A DNA stretch of 64,000 nucleotides from Mytilus edulis (lineage: Eukaryota). A model generated the notes under the pieces. That model was not told the origin of the DNA. It was given only the letters and a program-made list of their open reading frames with translations, and did no database searches. Position 1 is the stretch's first letter, and every line of letters begins with the position of its first letter. This document shows positions 58,641 to 64,000 of this stretch, piece by piece. The translations under genes were made by a program, and so were the position numbers. The stretch lies in the NCBI RefSeq assembly GCF_963676685.1, contig NC_092352.1:34224001-34288000 (forward strand). The letters are read 5' to 3'.

Positions 58641-61600
58641 TCATCTCAAGCTTCCTCTAGCCCTTTCACATATTAAGCAATTGTCAGGGTTAGTAACATC
58701 TCAGGATTAGACCTACTTATAATTGCAGAATATTCAATGAATATACATTCATCGTCTAATTGAATATATCGGGTAATCGGATATTTTTAGCTGACATTTT
58801 GGGTATCCGATTGGCCGGAGTCTACTGTATCATGAAAACTTGGCGTCTATCAATGAACAGAGAAAATGAGTTCAGTTGGATGATCTTATCACACAGACCT
58901 GCAATTCCCATACTGATTCTTTATATCTAATATAGTTGTTAGTCCTGTATGTTTTTTTAAATTTTAGTTCAGTTATAGGTTTTGGAGTTTAGTAAGACCT
59001 CCATTTTCACTCAACTAGTACACATTTTTATTTAAGGGTTGTCTGAGGCCCACCTTCTGGTACTGGATTTTCTCGCTGCATTGAAGACCCTTTGGTGATG
59101 GTCAGCTGTTTTCTGCTCTTTTGACGTATTGTTGTCTCTTTGACATATTCCCCATTTCTATTCTCAATTTTATTGATATTTCTTAGCAATTATAAAACTT
59201 GAAATTTCAGACATTCTTTCTCAGATGGAAATGCAAGACCATATATATTTGATCTACTATTAACAACTGGATAAATGATCAAATCAAGGTTTCTGTAAAT
59301 TATTCTGTCATTTAACAATGAACATGAAGTCAAGACAATGGGATGCATACCAGATGATAAAGCATCAGTATGAAAAATGTAGATTTCAGCAAACAGTTAA
59401 TACCATCACAACTTCTTCTTAGAACTGAATCATAGATTCCAGAACTCCTTAATAGTGATATTGACAACAAGATTTGTTCATAAATTATTGCAATTATTTT
59501 TATTAAGTATAAAAAAAGATTTTGGTGGTAGAGAAAATGGTGTGAAGGAACAATATGCTTTCAAATTCAAGCAAAAGACTATTAATAGGGAACAACACCT
59601 AAAATTTCCAAAAATTTAAATTTTATGAAAAAAATTTAAATGCATGTAACAACAGATAACTTCTTAACATATTTGAATCTTGAAAATCATTTTAATGAAA
59701 AAGGAACATTAACTGTTCCGAATGAACATCAATAATAATAATACCATTTATACATCAGGAAATAAACTGTACGACCACAAGTGCACCAACTGTACTGAAA
59801 TATCACCACTGATAAAATGTAGTGGATTCTTCTTCATCTGCTTCAATGGAAGACATTCTTCCTGCTATAGTTGTTTACTACTAGCTCAAATGATAAATGC
59901 TAGATAACTATAATATGACTGCCCTAACGTTACTTGTAATTATCATAGTTATACACACTATAATTTGTTCAAATCTTTAAACAGACATATCAAAAGACAA
60001 AATTTGAACAACTAGACCAAGAAAATGTTCAAGATTATCAAAATATGACAATTTTACTGCAAAAGAATGCTTTTGTACAATTATGCAGATTCAGCATCTT
60101 TTATGGTGTTACAATGAAAAATAATATCACACTATAATTGGCATCCTAAAATATGGATCAAAAAGTTATATTTTGTTCTAATATAAGCAATAATTATGCA
60201 GAAAAAACTATTGAAGAAATTATCTTCTCAAGAAAAAAGTCTGCATCTTATTGATATCATGTAGTCTTGTATTCTGTTTTAGCCTATTGAATTTGTCTCG
60301 TTAACTGTCAAAAATGTTTTGAGGATTTCAAGAAAGCAGTTGATGATCTGTCCAACAGGGATTTTTTTTAAATCTGTTAAAAAAGGTTTATATATAATTT
60401 TGTTTTCAGCCAATTAAAGCTTGGATAAACCAATATTTCAGTTAGCTATCAAAGGTCTCATCTATAGTCTTAAATCTATTTATCAAAAAAAATTTCAGTC
60501 TTAACAAATGAAACTACCTGATATGCAAATAAAATGTTTAATATTTTTTTCAATCAACTGATCAGTTTTTGCCTACAGAATCACACTGTTGGACAGTTAG
60601 GCAATTTCTGCTAAGAACATGTATTTGTGTTGTCAGTACAGCATACGAAACCTACTCTCATATTAAGATATATTATATATATAATATAAACTGACCAGCA
60701 TCCATATCACAAATTGAAGGAGCAAATAAAAATCCACTACTTGTATCAGTTGTTAATAAATACTAAGGATTATTATGTCTGTTTTTGCGTCAGAAAATAT
60801 AAGATTATACATAAATATAAATATATGGAATGCAACTTTTAACAGATTCTGCAAATATAAGGAATAGGTATAGATTCATAACACAAAATCTCTCACAATT
60901 AAAACTCAAACAACCATCATGTATACACAAATGATAAAACGTATCAACTTGCATTTGGATTTCAATAAATTGAAAATATAATTTATAACGTTGTATGATA
61001 CACTTACAATATAGCCATTCATAAGATAAAGAAACAAAAAAGTCTGCTAGAACAAGACATTTAACCCTGGAAAATAAACCTATGAACAACACAAACAAAA
61101 AGGAACCAACATACTGTACACAACATAAAAAGTTTAAAGAACAATCTTCTATATCTATCTTGCACTTGCCCCTAAATATAATTTTTTTCTCTTATATATT
61201 AGATTTGTATCAGCTTTAAATATAAGAGATATGTACATTTGTGCATGGTTAATATTGACCTGAATACTCCATCAAATTACACATTGTCCCTCACATGAAG
61301 AATTGTTGTTACTCATTGCTGCGGGAAAATTTCCAAGTTTGGGCTTTGGAGGCTTTAGAAGCCATTCATCACTTATTTGTTCAATAGAAATTCTTAAGTG
61401 TATTTGTTCACTGATGGATTTTGAGTTTTATCGGTGATGTAATTCAAACCTCGATGTAATTGTACTTCCTTTAAAAGCTTCATGTAGCATTGTTTTTAGT
61501 TATATCTATGTAATACTCATCTCATTCTCTGAACTCATTATGCACAAGGAAATATCTAACTTATCTTTATAACATATAACACTCCTATTCTCATCACAAA

Positions 61601-62961
61601 TATAAACACAGACATCTAAAGTATGAGATTCTAATATCAGATACTGTATCTTCCTAGCTATATCTGAACTGAAGAAACTCAAAATGATAATTCTGTATCA
61701 CAAGCCCGAACCTTGTTATTCTTATTTACAATTGAAAGGAATGTTGGCTTAATCTACATGGGAGGGTAAGAACTTGTATTGCAAGAATTATGTTAAACAG
61801 TTACAGCATTACTCTGTTGGCTAAACATTCAAGTTTCATTTCTAACTAAACTTCTGATATAACATATGAAAGCAAAAGCAACAATAAAACTCTAGACATT
61901 AACAACTGCAGGATATTTTATATTTTACAATCCTGAGATGTTTTTCATTAGATATTATCACAGAAATTTTGTAGACATACAATAGATAATAACATTTACC
62001 CATTTGAAAATGTATGTAGTACAATAGGTTCTTTAGTACCAAGAACATTCAATTAGCACTATTTGATTACTTATTTTGTTATTAATTTTCCGATAGATAA
62101 ATATGCGAAAGATGTTGCAATTAATAACGGAAAATATATGTTGAATTGATTCCTGAAAGTAATTCAATACTTCTATATATATATATATATTTTTTTTTAA
62201 TATTTCCAAGGAGTGAACAGTTATTTAGAATTGTTTTCTTGCAGTTGTTTGTAACTGCTTATAAATGTAAAGCTTCAGAGGGAAAAACGATGTTGAAATC
62301 ATGTATAATAGAACAAACTTTGATCAAAATTCAAACATACACTTACAAAGGAAAAAATTCAAACTTGAATGTTCTTAGTATCACATCAACTATAAACACA
62401 TAGGTCTAAAAATCTTTCCATTAATATCTGGAACATAATTATTCCCCAGCACACAAAGATGCCACAGAAAAAAGATGATGACAATTACACTTAGTATGAA
62501 AATAAACTGGGACTAGCACTATGACTAAAGAGGATTTAAAACAAAACATTCATCTGGCAAGTTCCTACTTGACATCCACTTCAGGGGGAAATATAACAAA
62601 CAGATTTAAAACATTCCTTATGAAGCAGTGTCGATGTGGACATCTACAGCCATGGATAATAAAAAAGTTGATTAATTATAATAATAAATATTTGAATCTC
62701 AGAAAAAAAGTTATTTGTTCTAATGTAACATTCTGCGTACTCATCACTTGCAGCACAACCAATATTAGGCAGAGATAAGATGGTTTGCCAAGAGTATGTC
62801 TCTTCTTACTAGGTCCTTGCTGTGATAAGCCGGTCCACAAATGCCAATAACTGGCTGTTTCCTTCTGCCTTCTGTTTTAAGCTGCGTTGGACTGAGCATT
62901 GTGGAGAACTCTCGTTAAGCTGTCCATAAAGTGACATACTAAGAAAAAGCTGGCCTAACAA

Positions 62962-62981
62962 ACACACACACACACACACAC
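62962..62981. repeat. (AC)10 microsatellite
   Basis: Direct read. Confidence 0.95.
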
Positions 62982-63642
62982 TAACATTCATATAACGGAT
63001 TGACTAGATCTTGAAAGGAACAACTTACAGAACATTTATACAGTTTGTGAGCATTCAAATTATGAATTGTGTAGACATTTCAGCAGAAATTTCAAGTAAT
63101 AAAATATTTAAGTTATGTTTCTGAATTGCTTTTAGTCTATAAATACTGCATTCAATAATATACAAACTAGAGATCAAAATGTTCAATCTTTTTCCAGTTG
63201 AATCATCATGCATACATAGGCCAGCTTTTAGTCAGGAATGTCTTGGGACAGACCCATTGGACATGGTTAAAATTATCACGTAAGGAGACCAGCTCATTCA
63301 TGTCACTTGATAAGATTTTAACTACTATTGTGGGTATTATTTAACTGTTCTCGCCTAGGTGGCATTCGTTCATTCATCTTATCTAAACATTTTGCCTCTT
63401 CAAATCCACTGATTTTGTGTGTAGGTGAAAAACCACTGAGAGCTACAAATATAAAGATGTATATTGTCAGGTCATGAAATCTTCAGCATAGTTAATATAT
63501 AATTTTATAAATATGTCCTGATATGAATGAAATACCTAAGTTCCATTCATGTTAACATATCTTTTACAGCATTGAATTATTTTTAACGGTCAAGTATTTC
63601 ATTGAAGGCTGTGCCAGTGATATGATCTTTAATTCAAATTAC

Positions 63643-63708
63643 TTTAATGGCATCTCATTTAAATTGAAATTATAGTTTAATGGCATCTCATGTAAATTGA
63701 AATTATAG
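63643..63708. repeat. 33-bp tandem duplication
   Basis: tttaatggcatctcat.taaattgaaattatag x2. Confidence 0.85.
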
Positions 63709-64000
63709 AATCTAACCTTTACTATTATGCATTAATTTTTAATTCTCTAAATCTGCAAGTGTTATAAATAACATACCATTAGAAAGTGTATCTTTCCCTC
63801 CTGATAATGCTCCCATTGGAAGAAGACCATTTGGAGTAAGTCCCTTGAGCTGTAACACACTTTCACTTTCTTCTCTGTAATATGAAAATTATAAAATTAG
63901 TTTTCTTCATTTTTCAAAAATCACATTTGTAATATAACAATACTCTGTTGAATCAGCAGTAAAAAGCAAGTCATTTGTATGAAATGTATCATATCTTAAT

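Noticed and set aside
59722-62991. Short ORFs at the right end of the window
   Set aside because: Compositionally biased, no homology recognised, no consistent splice structure

Overview
AT-rich animal genomic DNA. The repeat families look like those of a mytilid bivalve, which is an inference rather than a database result. Positions 190-45311 (- strand) hold the first 39 coding exons (6290 nt, about 2096 aa) of a WDFY3/ALFY ortholog. All junctions are GT-AG and phase-consistent, and the gene continues off the left edge, so the PH-BEACH-WD40-FYVE end is not in the window. Intron 15 carries an apparently intact and very young 5.57-kb DIRS-type tyrosine-recombinase retrotransposon in the same orientation as the host gene. 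It has identical 132-bp ITRs, an ICR that reproduces the circle junction, and gag, RT-RNaseH-MT and YR ORFs. Its most striking feature is an apparent expression programme. Gag and the roughly 1000-codon YR frame are in frame and separated by a single UAG, followed by an 8-nt spacer and a possible pseudoknot (readthrough-like). Pol is preceded by a branch point and 3' splice site. The other introns hold Helentron-type non-autonomous elements carrying satellite arrays, PIF/Harbinger, hAT, Kolobok-like and Tc1-like MITEs, a minisatellite made of a splice donor, and candidate microexons. Region 46-59 kb has promoter-like motifs, foldback elements and two diverged tandem duplications. Region 59-64 kb is non-coding and possibly a long 3' UTR.
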